Assembly (NCBI GenBank): GCA_964016885.1
Contig: OZ024743.1
Location: 127,100,001 to 127,164,000, forward strand
Length of the DNA stretch: 64,000 nucleotides
Direction: 5' to 3'
From: Eledone cirrhosa
Lineage: Eukaryota
In this document: positions 50,253 to 64,000 of the stretch, piece after piece
Layout of the letters: every line of letters begins with the position of its first letter
How positions within the stretch are numbered: the first letter of the stretch is position 1
Program-made: the position numbers and the translations under genes
Notes under the pieces: generated by a model
What the model saw: only the letters and a program-made list of their open reading frames with translations
What the model was told of the DNA's origin: nothing
Database searches by the model: none

Positions 50253-50514
50253 ATGTATTCTCTTTTCTCCTAGTTTATTTTACACCTAATTCTGTTTAAT
50301 TAACTGTATATCTGGGCGATTACGTTGTCGAAATATTCGATAAATATTCCGTCGCAGCCGACGTGAAGGGCTAGTTTCGGTTATTTGCTGGAGATTTCTT
50401 CATAGAAGCCTTATTCTTATAGCCTGGTCTATTCGATTTTTTATATAGTTGATTATGCTAATTGGGAGAGGAAATGGTATATATTTTATCTGGTGATTCT
50501 ATAGACATGTTTTA

Positions 50515-50556
<42 letters not shown>

Positions 50557-50660
50557 TTAACCTGTATATAGTGTATGTGATTCAGTGAATTACTGGTGGT
50601 GGTACCAAAATAAGCAATCGATGCAAAGATTAAGTGTATGTATGTATGTATGTATGTATG

Positions 50661-50728
<68 letters not shown>

Positions 50729-50749
50729 CTTCCATGATAAGCTTATCAT

Positions 50750-51240
50750 GGAAGATAGTGAAAAGAGAATAGGAAATTGAAAAATGAAAATTCGATCCGG
50801 AGACCGCCTGTGAAAAACTGTTGTGTCTGAGAAGGCTGCATGGATCTCGTCAACAGAAAAAGAAATCAACATCAGAAAAGCCTTAACATGGTCGGCCATA
50901 AGCAAACTTAACAAAATCTGGCAACCATCTCTCTCGAGGAGACTAAAGCGTATGCTCTTCAAAGCCACAGTAGAAAGTGTGCTACTGTACGGGTTGGAAG
51001 TATTGACGCTTAATAAAACCCTCGAAAAAATTCTAAATGGATGTTACACAAGACTTCTGAGACATGCTTTCAACATATCTTAGCGACTGAGAGCCACAAA
51101 TGGAGAACTCTATCTGGATGGTCCTCCCGTGTCGGATATTGTTCATCTAAGAAGGATACGTTTTGCGGGACATTGTTACAGGGCAAAAAACGAATGCGTC
51201 AGCCGTGTTCTTTTATAGAAGCCTGCGCACGGTCATAAAA
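50750..51240 (+). mobile_element. RTE-group LINE fragment (post-RT region)
   Basis: IRKALTWSAISKLNKIW..LFKATVESVLLYG..GCYTRLLR, then FAGHC. Confidence 0.7.
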
Positions 51241-51264
51241 ATAGACACACACACACACACACGC

Positions 51265-51297
<33 letters not shown>

Positions 51298-52769
51298 CAG
51301 ATGTTATATTTAATTTGTTGGGATTCAACAAGCTTAAAAATGTTTATAACTGATATAAAGCACTCAACAGTTAGTGGAGTAAATATTCAATATATTAATA
51401 AATGGAAACTATATTTATAAAACCATAATTATTTTATTATATATGTTTCAAGGCAAATTTTGGTGCGCTTTCATCAAATAAAATACAAATTTGTTTTATA
51501 AATATTGACATACCCGCATAAAGACAACCTTAACGGTTGGGGTTCGCTGGATAGTGGAAAACATATTTTATTGAGGGTGATTCAAAGTTATGAGTAAGTA
51601 TGCAAATGAGTGTCAGAAAAATTGAAAAAACAACGGTTTATTTAAATTAAACTGTTGGAAGAAAGTAGTGAAAGGGAGAGAGAAAAGGGAGAGAGAAAAA
51701 ATATTGAAAGGGAGAGAGAAAGAATAGTGAAAGGGAGATAGAAAAAAAAGAGAAAGAGAAAGAGAGAAGAAGAAAGAAAAGGGGTGATAAAAAGGGAGAA
51801 AGAAAGAGAGACAAGATTATGCAGAGTGAAAGTGAAGAAAATTTAAGGAAGAGCGAGCGAAGAAATGAGCTTTTCCAGGGATGGATACTCAAATCGTAAA
51901 TATAACGTTCATTATGCTATGTTTATATTAAACCTAATGTTATATTTATAATGATAAGTTAAAAATAAAATTAAGAATAAATAGAAATTCTGTAAATTCT
52001 GTATTTAAAATATATTAAGATGTATTAATAATATATGGGTTTAGATGGGTATGTTATGTTATAGATGATAAATTATTTAAATGTATAGTATTTTACATTG
52101 GAAAATATTTAGAATCTAGTTTTGTTTATTTAATTAAAGTAAGTTTGGCAAAATTATATTTAGCCAGAATTTGTTAATAGTTGTAAGTCAAATCTTAAAC
52201 ACCTAAAAAATTCCAAAGATTACGAAAAATTACGAGAGTTTACAAAGGCAATCAAATCAAACCGGACTGCAATTGCCATCAAATGGGGGAAGACAGACGT
52301 TATCAAACTTAAGCCTTCATATTACGTAGTTTTTATATAATAAAGCCAAAGCTATTATCATCTGCAGTGACTACGACCCCATTACGTAATAGGCCATGCT
52401 CCTCCTCCCACTGTTGTCTCAAACTATCCATATAGATGATGTGATGCCGCGCATCAGGAAGTCTAGTTCGTACACAATATAGAAACCCCGAAAATAATAA
52501 TCAAGAAAATCCCAAGCCTTTAAAGAAATAAGCGAAATGAATCCAAGGTGAAAAACACAAAATAAAAATATTTATATACAAATAAATATAATATACACAC
52601 ACGAATGTAAAACATGATTATGATTAAATCATATATACACAAACCTACATGTATAAATAAGATCAACTATGGAGAGATTTGTAGAATTATTTAACAAAAT
52701 CCAGACCTACCTATTTGTGACCGTCTCTTAAGAATATGTCCATTCTTCGAGTATGGCCATTGCACGATA

Positions 52770-54960
52770 AAAAAAAAATACAAACAGAAAACAAAACAAA
52801 AAACAAACACATATATATTAATAATCAACGGTGGTGCGATCGAATGTGGCCTTTTAGCTTAGCCAATGATCTAAAATGTCTTGCACAGAGTTGGCAACCA
52901 AGATAAAAACATTCACTGGCAATTAGCCGGCTGTGGCTGGTCTTCATGTACTTTTGCATGTCGTTTGAGTTCTCCTGCCGATCTACACTCTTTTCCCTAA
53001 GCTTGACAGGTATGATGAGTAACATCTCCGACAGCAGCCTGGTAGTCAACCACTGGTCTCACTTTATGATTGTGAAGATAAATTTTGAGTCCAGCTTTGC
53101 TGAGGCAGAGTCTTGCACAGGCGCTACACGTCAGCGCCATAGGAGGACCTTCGATGTCTGGAAATGTAACAGCAATGACTTTCCTGACATCCCTTTTTAC
53201 TTTCTCATATGCGATTCGAGATACTTCGAAAGCAACTTTCCCCTAATATGCAGTCTTTCTCCATTTATTACGATCAGCAGCTATGCTTTCCCATGTATCA
53301 GCAGAGATGTTAGCGTCTTTCAAGGAGGCTTTCGACGAATCCTTATACCTCTTTTTTGGTTTATGTGGAGGTCGTTTTCCTTTAACTAACTCTCCATAAA
53401 AGAGTTGTTTTGGTATCCTAGAATCCTTCATCCTAGCAAGGTGACCACTCCATCGGAGTTTTGCTTAAGCACAATAGCTTCTATGCTTTCACACAGAGAG
53501 CTTTCCAAAATCTCGACATCACTGATGTGGTCCCTGCAGTGAACGCCATGGATCCGTCTGAGACACATCTGATGGCAACGTTCCAACTGTTAAAGGTGGT
53601 GTCGATATGTGACCCAGGTCTCGCAGGCATAAAAGAGAGAAAAGAGCACACATGCCTTGTACACCTTTACCTTTGTCTTCTTGCATATATCTCGCCGACC
53701 TCAGAGGCGCCTTTTTAGCTTTCCGAAAGCATCACTTGCTTTCCTAATCCTGTGTGGAATTTCATTATCAAGATTGCTGTATCGACTGACATACTTTTGT
53801 TTTTGCAGAAAAGCGCCTGATGTTAAATATGCTACCAGAGGTTCGATAGTAGATGTAAACACCATGCTTGCAATTTTTGAATGCAATATAGAAAACCATC
53901 GCAAATTATATGCATGTATGCTATCCATACCTGGAAAACTTCCACTCTTCAGCTTCGAGACACCTACTGCAACTTCCTCTAACGTCGGTGGTTCTTTGAA
54001 AGCTACTTTCACAGGTCACAACACTCAGCCCCATGAAGAACACGAACACACTGCACATCCAGTCTTCACGCACCCTGACAAAGATGTAGTTCAGAAGGTG
54101 TCATTCTTTAGATGCAGGGTGCATCCATGTGGTCTTAAACTTATTCTTTTGCTGAAACATGGTGTTGGTAACGCTCAGATCCAGCTCCTCACACACCTGC
54201 AGCAGAAGCATACCAATGCTGTTAAACTTTCCCCACCCCATGCCTTCCGATTACAGTCCATGTGTTAAAACCCCTACCCACTCTAGCCTTAAAATCACCC
54301 AGCACGATGACCTTGTCTGTCTGACGTATATTTCTTATAACACCTTTCAAAGCATGGTAGAAAGATACTTTTTCCTCATCAACAGAATTCATAGTTGGAG
54401 CATACACACTCACCAGGGTCGCATACCTACCTTTGTTCAACGTAATTCTCATGGACATAAGACACTCACTAATCCCCACTGGAAATTCTTCTTCCACGAG
54501 AGAAGTCTTAACAGCAAATGCTACTTCAGCCTTTCTTCTAATCCCTTCATCTCTCCCTTTCTCAAAGAATGTATATTTCCCACAATATTCCGTAGGATGA
54601 CCATCTCCAGCTAACCTCGTCTAAGATAAAGCAATGATGTCAAGATCATAACGATGACGTTCCTTCGCAACAGGAGTGGTTCTTCATTCAGGACGTTCGG
54701 AGGAATCACTGTCAAGCAGTGTCCATACATTCCGACAGCCAATATTCAATGTTTTCTTTGTCTTAAGTTTTATTAGTTCTATCACAGTGACACGATGACG
54801 CCCGGGTCCAGGCTGTGATGCCATGGGGCGCCTGCCAGGCCAGACCTTTCACCTGGTGTGGTTGCAGAACCCTTATTGCCATTTACTGTTATATGATTTG
54901 GGGATATCATTGATTGGTTGCTTTTTAAGGCTACAGCCAGCCATTCAGTTGAGATCTTAT
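52770..54960 (-). mobile_element. RTE (BovB/AviRTE-like) LINE, internally deleted, with a C-terminal C2H2 finger
   Basis: EN motifs LVSVYAPT and VLGDFKARVG; RIPKQLFYGEL..G.RP..PKKRYKD; CQLCARHFRSLAKLKGHIRSH. Confidence 0.85.
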
Positions 54961-55396
54961 AAATAATAACTGTTTCTACTTTAGGCACAAGGCCAGCAAT
55001 TACCCAGTGAATTACTGGTACTTTATTTTATCGACCCCGTAAGGATGAAAGGCAAAGTCAACCTCGGCGGGATTTGAACTCAGATTGTAAAGGGACGTAA
55101 CTATGCTGGAAAGCATGGCGTCTGACCCTCTACCGATACTGCCAATCCACCGCCCTTTCCAATCCACCGATCTTATAAATAATAACATTATCAATAATTA
55201 TTAATTAATGTTATCGTGCAATGCTTTTGCGTGAGATTTTTTTAAAGTGAAGAAAGACTGTGTACGGAGTCAAATCCACTCTCTGGGTGACGGTAGCTAT
55301 AACCCCAAAATAAGAAAAGATCAACATCATCGGTAACTACTGAGCCGCAGGTTTTATGTCGGAGTTATACACACACACATACACACACACACACAC

Positions 55397-55460
<64 letters not shown>

Positions 55461-55484
55461 GCAACCCCCCCATATATATATGTA

Positions 55485-55487
55485 ATG

Positions 55488-55529
<42 letters not shown>

Positions 55530-58500
55530 TTTTCTTTATTAACCACAGGGGTTTACATAAAGTAAACATTAAGGACAGTACAGGACAATACAGGACGGTA
55601 CAAATGGGCATTTCTGCGTGTAAAAAAAACAGAGGATGTAATAAAATAACAAAGAAAAATTCCCCAATAGGGGGGAGACTTCCGAGGGACATTTGTGGAG
55701 AAAGCCCATTAAAAGACCACAGTGACCCTGACCACCAGGGCAAGTGCCCTCTCCCAGTTTTCCACCTTTAATTTACAGACACATACTCAGAGAAGGCCCA
55801 TTCATTCGGGCCATACTTGCTTCTCTCACCCATCTTTCAACAAAATGCTGGGAAGAGAGCACTTCCCTCTCTACCCTGGTTTTCCTTTTCAAATGAAATT
55901 TGAAAAAGTTAATCAGGGCATCACCGAAGAGGTAAGTGCTCGTCTTCAGCCCTTTCAAACGTGTCCACCATACTATCTCTTTCGCCATGGCCACCAGACA
56001 GATAAAAACTTCCTGCTCTTCCCGGCTAAAGGAAGAGGGCGGGGCAATCCTCACGATGGACTCAGATGATAGCTGGATCCGTCCTACACGTGACAGCAGG
56101 TGTTCGACATAAACGCACAAGTTAGCAATGCTCGGACACGGGACGAGTGTGTGCAGGACGGTTTCGTCGCCCTGTGCGCATCTCGGACATGCCCGGCTGA
56201 CGGCACCTCCATGCCTGTAGAGTTTATCCCGAACTGGCAAAGCTCCCCGGTAGCACTGCCAGGCCAGGGATTTCTGGAAGTTGTCCATAGGCCCCGGCCC
56301 GAAAGTCCTTCCGAAGAGATTGGCTAGTTGATTTTCGTCGACGCCTAGAGTTTCTCCAAGTACGTCGTCGCTCTTCCCCTCCACTAATCCTCTATAGAAC
56401 GCCAAGGTGGAGTTTCCACCGATCACATTGCCCGAATGGTCGAGGGCTGTGAGCGCCTGAAGACATTCCAGTCTCCAAGCGCTCCCTCTCGGTCTTCGCT
56501 TGACTCAGGACTGCAGCTCCGTCAAGGAGACGAGCTGGGGAAAGACGTGTCTAGCAAACGGCGACCACACCTGATCACCGTCGAGGAAGAGGTGGAGATG
56601 TCGTAGCCTGAGCGCGTGTCTGCGCATCATCAGCCACGGCATGCCCAGCCCTCCACGTAGCGGGTGTTGACAGCAGATGGACCGCCTGACCATTGGAGCG
56701 CGTCCCTTCCACAAAAAACGAAAGAGCAAACGCTCCAGCGCAGTCAGGCGGGGCTTAGGACAAGGTACGACGGTCAGGTGGTAGTAGATGACGGACGCGA
56801 TGTACGCGTTAGCCACCTCCGCTCGACCTTTCAGGGATAGCTTCCTCTCCGCCCATTTCTGGGTGAGAGAAGCCACCCTGCTCGTCACCTCGTCCCAGTT
56901 TTTGTCCGTCTGGAGGTCTGGACCGAACCAGACCTCTAGCAATTTAACCGGTCCGTCCGTCCAGCGCCCGACGACGCTGTTGGACGGCATGGACCTGCCT
57001 CTCCAGGTGCCGAGCTGCAGGCCCACTGACTTTTCCTGGTTGATCATTGCTCCTGTGATCGCTTCGTATTCTTTTAGTGTAGTGCCGATCGCCTCGATGT
57101 GTTTGGCGTTCGACACCACTACGGTGACATCGTCCGCATATGCTGACACGGATCTTCCGCATCCTAGTTCGCGCGGGACGCCCCTCAACGTCTCCAGTTT
57201 GTGCAGTAATGGCTCGAGAGTCAATACATACAAGAGGGACGAGAGGGGACATCCTTGGCGGACCGAGCGCATGATGTTGAACGGTTCCGAAAGGTGACCG
57301 TTCACTCTCACTACAGAGCAGATGTCGCTGTGCATGGCAGCGATCCAGCCTCTGAAGACGGGCCCAAAGCCAGCCGCCCTCAGGACTGCCGCTAGGTAAC
57401 GGTGGTCGACCCTATCGAAGGCTTTCGACTGATCTAAATTTATCAAAGACCCACCCATGCCAGGTTCCCTAGCTACCCTCTCTACGATGTATCGCATGAG
57501 GTGGAGGTTGTCGTGGATGGATCTGTCGGGAATGGCGCATGTCTGCGCCTCTCCCACCAGACCACCAACGACAAGCGCCAACCTCATTGCTAGCACCTTG
57601 GCCAAAATCTTGAACTCTGTGTTTAGCAGAGTTATGGGCCTAAAATTATCTATGTTATCCCCCTTGTTCGGATCCTTTCTCAGCAGCGCCACCGCTCCTC
57701 GGCTCACAGAGCTGGGAATTCTCCCGTTCTGTTGCCAGTTGCAGTAGACGTCCGCCAAGAGGCCTCCGAACAAGTCTGGCATTTGTACGTAAAGTTCATA
57801 GGGCAGACCATCCAAACCAGGCGATTTACCCCTTGTGCAGCCAGTCATTGCCTCCCGTACTTCAGCGGCTGTCATCGGCTTTTCGCAACACTCCGCCTCA
57901 GTGGCCTAGAGCCGCGGAAGTCCGTCGAGGTAGACACTAAAGTCCATCCCTCGACCCGGCCCGCCACTTCCCCGGAACAGTTGAGCGAAGTGTCGCTGAA
58001 AAGCTTCACACATTTGCCCGGGATCGAGTAGTATGCGCCCGTCCTGTTCCACCAAAGACAGGATCGTGGCTTTGTTGCCACGGCGCGCCTCCGCCACTCG
58101 GGCCCATTGAACAGCTTTCGTCCCCTCGTGCCTGAGAGCACGCACCCTAGCTCTGACAACGCAGCCTTCGTGCTTTGCATTGAAGAATTGGTCAAGGGCC
58201 AATTTCGCCGCAAGTACGTCGGTCGCGATGCCTTTGCAAAGCGCCTCGTCTAATTTTCTAACTAATTCTCCCTCTGCTCTATTTTTCTCTATTGCTAAAG
58301 CCTTACTAAACCTAATGGACTCTATTCTAATTGCTCTTTTCAGAGCAAACCACCACTTGTTGTTGACGATGGCCCCCGTCAACGCCCGCTTAACTAGTTC
58401 GCTAATCCGGTCTCTGTAGGCCATGCGCGCTGGTAAAGACGCGTTTAGCTTCCAGTAGCCGGGTCCTCGTCTATGAAGCCTATCTAAGTCAAGCACACAG

Positions 58501-60985
58501 ATCACGAATTTGAGGTCCGTGTAGCTGACTATCTTGAATTGTGGACAGCCTATGCTAGACCTATCTATTTCCCTACAAAATACTCTATCTAGATATGATC
58601 TGGATGACCCTATGCGATTTGTTCAAGTCCCTATTCACTAATCCCACACAATCCCAGCGTGCATCTAAGATCCCGTTCCAGTCGCCCACTAACACTAAAG
58701 AGCGGGACGTTCCAAGAAAGGTCTCTAGACGCCGGAAGAAATCAGGCCGCCCTGCTCCTGTCGGGGCATAGACGGCCACTAACCTGAAAGCTTGCCCTTC
58801 TCCGCTGGTCACGTCCAGCACCACCAACTTACCTTCTGGGTCCAGGAAGATGGTCCGTATGGCAAGATCCAAACCTTTCCGAAAAAGCACAGCAACCCCC
58901 CCCCCCCCGATCCTGGACGGCTGGGAGATGCGTACACATCGTAGCCGCCGAAGATCGGTGCGAAGGCTCGTGCTTCGGAGATTCTGGTCTCGCTGATGGC
59001 CACTACATCTATGTTTAGTGACCTGAGGTCGTTGAGCAGGTGGCCCTGCTTACATGACGACCCCAAGCCACGCGCATTTATGCTGCCTATTCTGAGTGAG
59101 ATCATGTTGAAAAGGAGTGGAAAAGATGGGAAAGACCACTTATCTTACTTCTCGTAGAGGAAGGACGGTTTTTCCATCCTTTTCACTGCTTGTGGCCTCC
59201 TCAGGAAGGATGTCCTTATGAATCCTCCTGGAGAGTGCTTGTCGGAAGTCTCCGATGTCTTTGGGGAATTTTTGTTTTAGTGTCATGTACGTTTTCTGTG
59301 TGATGCGAGTGATTTGTATGTGTGGAGGTTATGTGAATTTTTGGGTTGTTGTGTAGTCTTTTTCTGTGATGCTGGTGTTGTGTTGGATGTAGTGTAATAA
59401 TTGCTTGTTGTTCAAATTTAATGCTGTGTAGTGTGTATCGTTTTGGTTGTTTTGTTTTGTTTGCGTTTGTTGTGGGTTTGTTTCTGTTTCGCATTTTGGT
59501 GACTTTTGTGGTGTAGGTGATGGTGGTGTTGGGGTTAATGATGGTGATGGTGTTGGTGTTTGGGGTGATGGGGTTGGTGATGCTGGTGTGAATGGTGGCA
59601 TATCTGTCCAAACGTTTTTGTTTGTTAATTTATTTGTTTCCCTCTGTATTTTGTTTTTGGAGGGGGAAGGAAGAGAATTTTTTCTTTTTTGGTTTCTTTT
59701 TTTTTTCCTGATACCGTTTCCCACTCCTCGTCGTCACAATCTGTCTCCAGTTGTGATAGGCAGGGGAGTGGAAAATCCTCCACAGGCGTTAGTTTTGGTT
59801 GTGGCGTGGTGGATGGTGTAAGCGCTGGTGCTAGTTCTGAAGCGTTGGGTGGTGGTGGTGTTGGTTTTGCTGGTGGTGGTGGTGTTGGTTTTGCTACTGT
59901 TGCTGGGGTTGTTGCTGTTATAGTTGCTTCTGTTGTTGCTGCTACAGTTGTTGCTGCCATCTCTGCTACTGGTGGTGTTGATGGTTGAGTCACTGGGGTG
60001 GGTAGGAGAGGTGGCCTCAACCTTTTAGCCTGAGGGCAGAAAGCTCTTAGGTGGGTTACTTCACCACAAACGACACACCTAGGCCTTCTACCCTCGACAA
60101 TTACGTTGAGGTGGCTGCCGTCAGTGAGGTCTATTACCTCTGGGATCTCCTCAATGCTTTTTTGGTCCGCTTGGATCAGGAGCTCCATCCCAGATCCGGA
60201 CCAGTTCTCCTGCTTTTCTTTTGCTATTGCTATTATCTTTGTGTTGGCTTCGATGCCGGCGAGGACGGCCGCTATTAGCCAGGGAATTTCGATGGCCGGT
60301 GGAACGTGGGTCACCCTGATCTTTACGAGTCTCTGGCCACAATAGCTTGGGACGAGTGTGAAGTCGTCACTTCTTAATGGGGCCATGGAGTGTTCTCTAG
60401 CCTCCTCTGGTGTTTCAAAGAACACGTCCACGGTTCCATACTTCTGCCCACGTCTGATGTGGGTTTTTCTTGCTCACACATGTCCCAAAGCTTTTTGGAT
60501 TTGGGACTCGGATGCCCGTTCCACTCGGCGCGATTTTACATTTATTGTTCGATACGACACGATCCATAGGCGCCGATGCTCCATTTTATTAGGTGGGGGG
60601 TGAGGCTGACCCTGTACCCATCTTTCTTTACCATTTTTTTGGCATTTTCTAATTCCTCCTGAGTTACCGTAAATGCTTCGCACTGTTTTGCTACTCTGGC
60701 AAAATTCAGGGTGGTTTTTTTAATGTCATTGTTGTTGTTGTTGCTATCGTTATTTTTGTTATTATTAATTTTAGTTTCAGTTGTGGTGGTGGTGACGTCA
60801 GTGGAGTTCGGTTTGGAAGAGTCCATTTTGGTTGAAAATATTTCGACATCACGAGTTGATTTATTTTTTCCTTTTATTTCTGTTGTCGCGGTGGTGGTGG
60901 TGGGTGGTGGTTGTCGCGGTGGTGGTGGTGGTGGTGGCGGCTTTAACACCTGCAGTCATTGGTAATGGCGGGAAATGAATGTCTG
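55485..60985 (-). mobile_element. Near full-length Tx1/L1-type LINE: ORF1 with CCHC knuckle and Pro/Thr-rich tail; ORF2 with APE, RT and Cys domain; frameshifted
   Basis: ORF1 CVVCGEVTHLRAFC. ORF2 IGSINARGL, AISETR, GDWN, GYWKLN, KSPGLDGLP, DQSKAFDRV, QGCPLS, SAYADD, CPRC..ET..H...C. (TAT)n tail. Confidence 0.93.
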
Positions 60986-61336
60986 CCTGAGACAAATTTA
61001 AAATATTGCTAGTGCTTAAATTGTTTGTGTTGGCAAACGTAGTATCATTTACAATGGTGGTGTCGGTGTGAGGTGTTAATTTGCGAGGAAAGCTTTCGCT
61101 GCTTGGTGCAGAGGTGAATTAGCCATTTTTTTTTCAAAGAAATTTTTTGATAATCATAAAAGTTTAAATTTTGGGCACAAGGCCCCAATCTTTTTGGGTG
61201 TCCTTTTCGGAAAACAATGTATGTGCGCTTATATATAGTTAACAATAAAATTTTTCCATAAATGGCAATTTTTAACAAACGGAAATAACAAACCTTTGCG
61301 GAGCTCACGATGATACGATTTACTACGTAGGTCGCC

Positions 61337-61368
<32 letters not shown>

Positions 61369-64000
61369 TTTCTTTATTAACCACAAGGGTTTACATAAAG
61401 TAGACATTAAGGACAGTGCAGGAAAATACAGGACGGTACAAATGGGCATTTCTGCGTGTAAAGAACAAAAACAGAGGATGTAACAAAAAATAACAATGAA
61501 AAATTCCCCAATAGGGTGGAGACTTCGGGGGGACATTTGTGGAGAAAGCCCAGTAAAAGGCCACAGTGACCCTGACCACCAAGGCAAGTGCCCTCTCCCA
61601 GTTTTCCACCTTTAATTTACAGATACGTACTCAGAGTAGGCCCATTCACTCGGGCCATTCTTGTTTCTCTCACCCATCTTTCAACAAAATGTTGGGAAGA
61701 GAGCACTTCCCTCTCTACCTTAATTTTCCTTTTCAAATGAAATTTGAAAAAGTTAATCAGGGCATCACCTAAGAGGTAAGTGTTCGTCTTCAGCCCTTTC
61801 AAACGTGTCCACCATACTATCTCTTTCGCCATGGACACCAGACAGATAAAAACTTCCTGCCCTTCCCGGCTAAAGGAAGCGGGCGGGGCAATCCTCACGA
61901 TGGACTCAGATGATAGCCGGATCCGTCCTACACGCGACAGCAGGTGTTTGACATAAACCCACAAGTCAGCAATTTTCGGACACTGGACGAGTGCGTGCAG
62001 GACGGTTTCGTCGCCCTGCGCGCATCTCGGACATGCCCGGCTGACGGCACCTCCATGCCTGTAGAACTGGCAAGGCTCCTCGGTAGCACTGCCAGGCCAG
62101 AGATTTCTGGAAGTTGTCCATAGGTCCCGGCCCGAAAGTTCTTCCGAAGAGATTGGCTAGTTGATTTTCGTCGACGCCTAGAGTTTCTCCAAGTACGTCG
62201 TCGCTCTTCCCCTCCACTAATCCTCTATAGAACGCCAAGGTGGAGTTTCCACCGATCACATGGCCCGATTGGTCGAGGGCTGTGAGCGCCGGAAGACATT
62301 CCAGTCTCCAGGCGCTTCCTCTCGGTCTTCGCTTGACCCAGGACTGCAGCTCCGTCAAGGAAACGAGCTGGGGAAATACGTGTCTAGCAAACGGCGACCA
62401 CACTTGATCACCGTCGAGGAAGAGGTGGAGATGTTGTAGCCTGAGCGCGTGTCTGCGCATCATCAGCCACGGCAATCCCAGCCCTCCACGTAGCGGATGT
62501 TGACAGCAGATGGACCGCCTGTCCATCGGAGCACGTCCCTTCCACAAAAAGCGAAAGAGCAAACGCTCCAGCGCAGTCAGGTGGGGCTTAGGACAAGGTA
62601 CGACGGTCAGGCGGTAGCGATCCAGCCTCTGAAGACCCCAAAGCCAGCCGCCCTCAGGACTGCCGCTAGGTAACGATGGTCGACTCTATCGAAAGCTTTC
62701 GACTGATCTAAATTGATCAAGGACCCACTCGTGCCAGGTTCCCTAGCTACCCTCTCTACGATGTATCGCATGAGGTGGAGGTTGTCGTGGATGGATCTGT
62801 CGGGAATGGCGCATGTCTGCGCCTCTCCCACCAGACCACCAACAACAAGCGCCAACCTCTTTGCTAGCACCTTGGCCAAAATCTTGAACTCTGTGTTTAG
62901 CAGAGTTATGGGCCGGAAATTATCTATGTTATCCCCCTTGTTCGGATCCTTTCTCAGCAGTGCCACCGCTCCTCGGCTCACAGAACTGGGAATTCTCCCC
63001 TTCTGTTGCCAGTTGCAGTAGACGTCCGCCAAGAGGCCTCCGAACAAGTCTGGCATCTGTACGTAAAGTTCATAGGGCAGACCATCCAAACCAGGCGATT
63101 TACCCCTTGTGCAGCCAGTCATTGCCTCCCTTACTTCAGCGGCTGTTATCGGCTTTTCGCAACACTCCGCCTCAGTGGCCTAGAGCCGCGGCAGTCCGTC
63201 GAGGTAGACACTAAAGTCCATCCCTCGACCCGGCCCACTGCTGCCCCCGAACAGCTGAGCGAAGTGTCGCTGAAAAGCTTCACACATTTGCCCGGGATCG
63301 AGTAGCATGCGTCCGTCGTGGTCCACCAAAGACCGGATCGTGGCTTTGTTGCCACGACGCGCCTCCGCGACTCGGGCCCATTGAACGGCTTTCGTCCCCT
63401 CATGCCTGAGAGCACGCACCCTAGTTCTGACAACGCAGCCTTCGTGCTTTGCATTGAAGAATTGGTCAAGGGCCAATTTCGCCGCAAGCACGTCGGTGGC
63501 AATGCCTTTGCTAAGCGCCTCGTCTAATTTTCTAACTAGTTCTCCCTCTGCTCTATTTTTCTCTATTGCTAAAGCCTTACTAAACCTAATCGATTCCATT
63601 CTAATCGCTCTTTTCAGAGCAAACCACCACTTGTTGTTGACGATGGCACCCGTCAACGCCCGCTTAACTAGTTCGCTAATTCGGTCTCTGTAGGCCTTGC
63701 GCGCTGGTAAGGACGCGTTTAGCTTCCAGTAGCCGGGTCCTCGTCTATGAAGCCTATCTAAGTCAAGCACACAGATCACGAATTTGTGGTCCATGTAGCT
63801 GACTATCTTGAATTGTGGACAGCCTATGCTAGACCTATCTATTTCCCTACAAAATACTCTATTTAGATATGATCTGGATGACCCTATGCGATTTGTCCAA
63901 GTCCACATTGGCACATTCGGGAAATACAATCGGTACCTCTCAGACAGTTCAAAACGCCTGAGCAGGTTGGTGAGGCTCTTGCACCCTCCACCCCTATCCG
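61337..64000 (-). mobile_element. Second Tx1/L1-type LINE copy (continues beyond the window); RT core deleted
   Basis: High identity to 55485-58620 and the same (TAT)n tail. The QGCPLS/YADD region is missing at the junction near 62610-62620. Confidence 0.93.

Noticed and set aside
52758-55223. 13-bp inverted match (cattgcacgataa / ttatcgtgcaatg) flanking the RTE and SINE block
   Set aside because: Matches of this length are expected by chance in 64 kb, and there is no TSD or extension.

Overview
AT-rich, repeat-dense animal genomic DNA. The SINE and LINE families suggest an octopod cephalopod (inference). The only host gene I can support is a complete TGDS (dTDP-D-glucose 4,6-dehydratase, extended SDR family) on the minus strand. 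It has 11 coding exons between 41675 and 933, all with GT-AG boundaries and consistent phases, giving a 993-nt CDS (330 aa) that the ORF track mostly misses. The rest is largely transposon-derived: RTE LINEs with a PHD finger inside the RT, CRE-type RLE retrotransposons (one with an N-terminal PHD finger), Tx1/L1-type LINEs (two in tandem), a Penelope-like (Naiad-type) element, a Helitron invaded by a hAT/Charlie element, a matching hAT MITE with an 8-bp TSD, a maT/mariner relic, and clusters of tRNA-derived Deu/Nin- and CORE-type SINEs. Notable non-coding structure includes at least 7 type-I hammerhead ribozyme motifs, mostly next to (TA)n tracts. Two form a near-perfect 78-bp inverted pair, and three are sense to TGDS. 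There is also a perfect 31-bp hairpin, and inverted SINE clusters bracket groups of TGDS exons.
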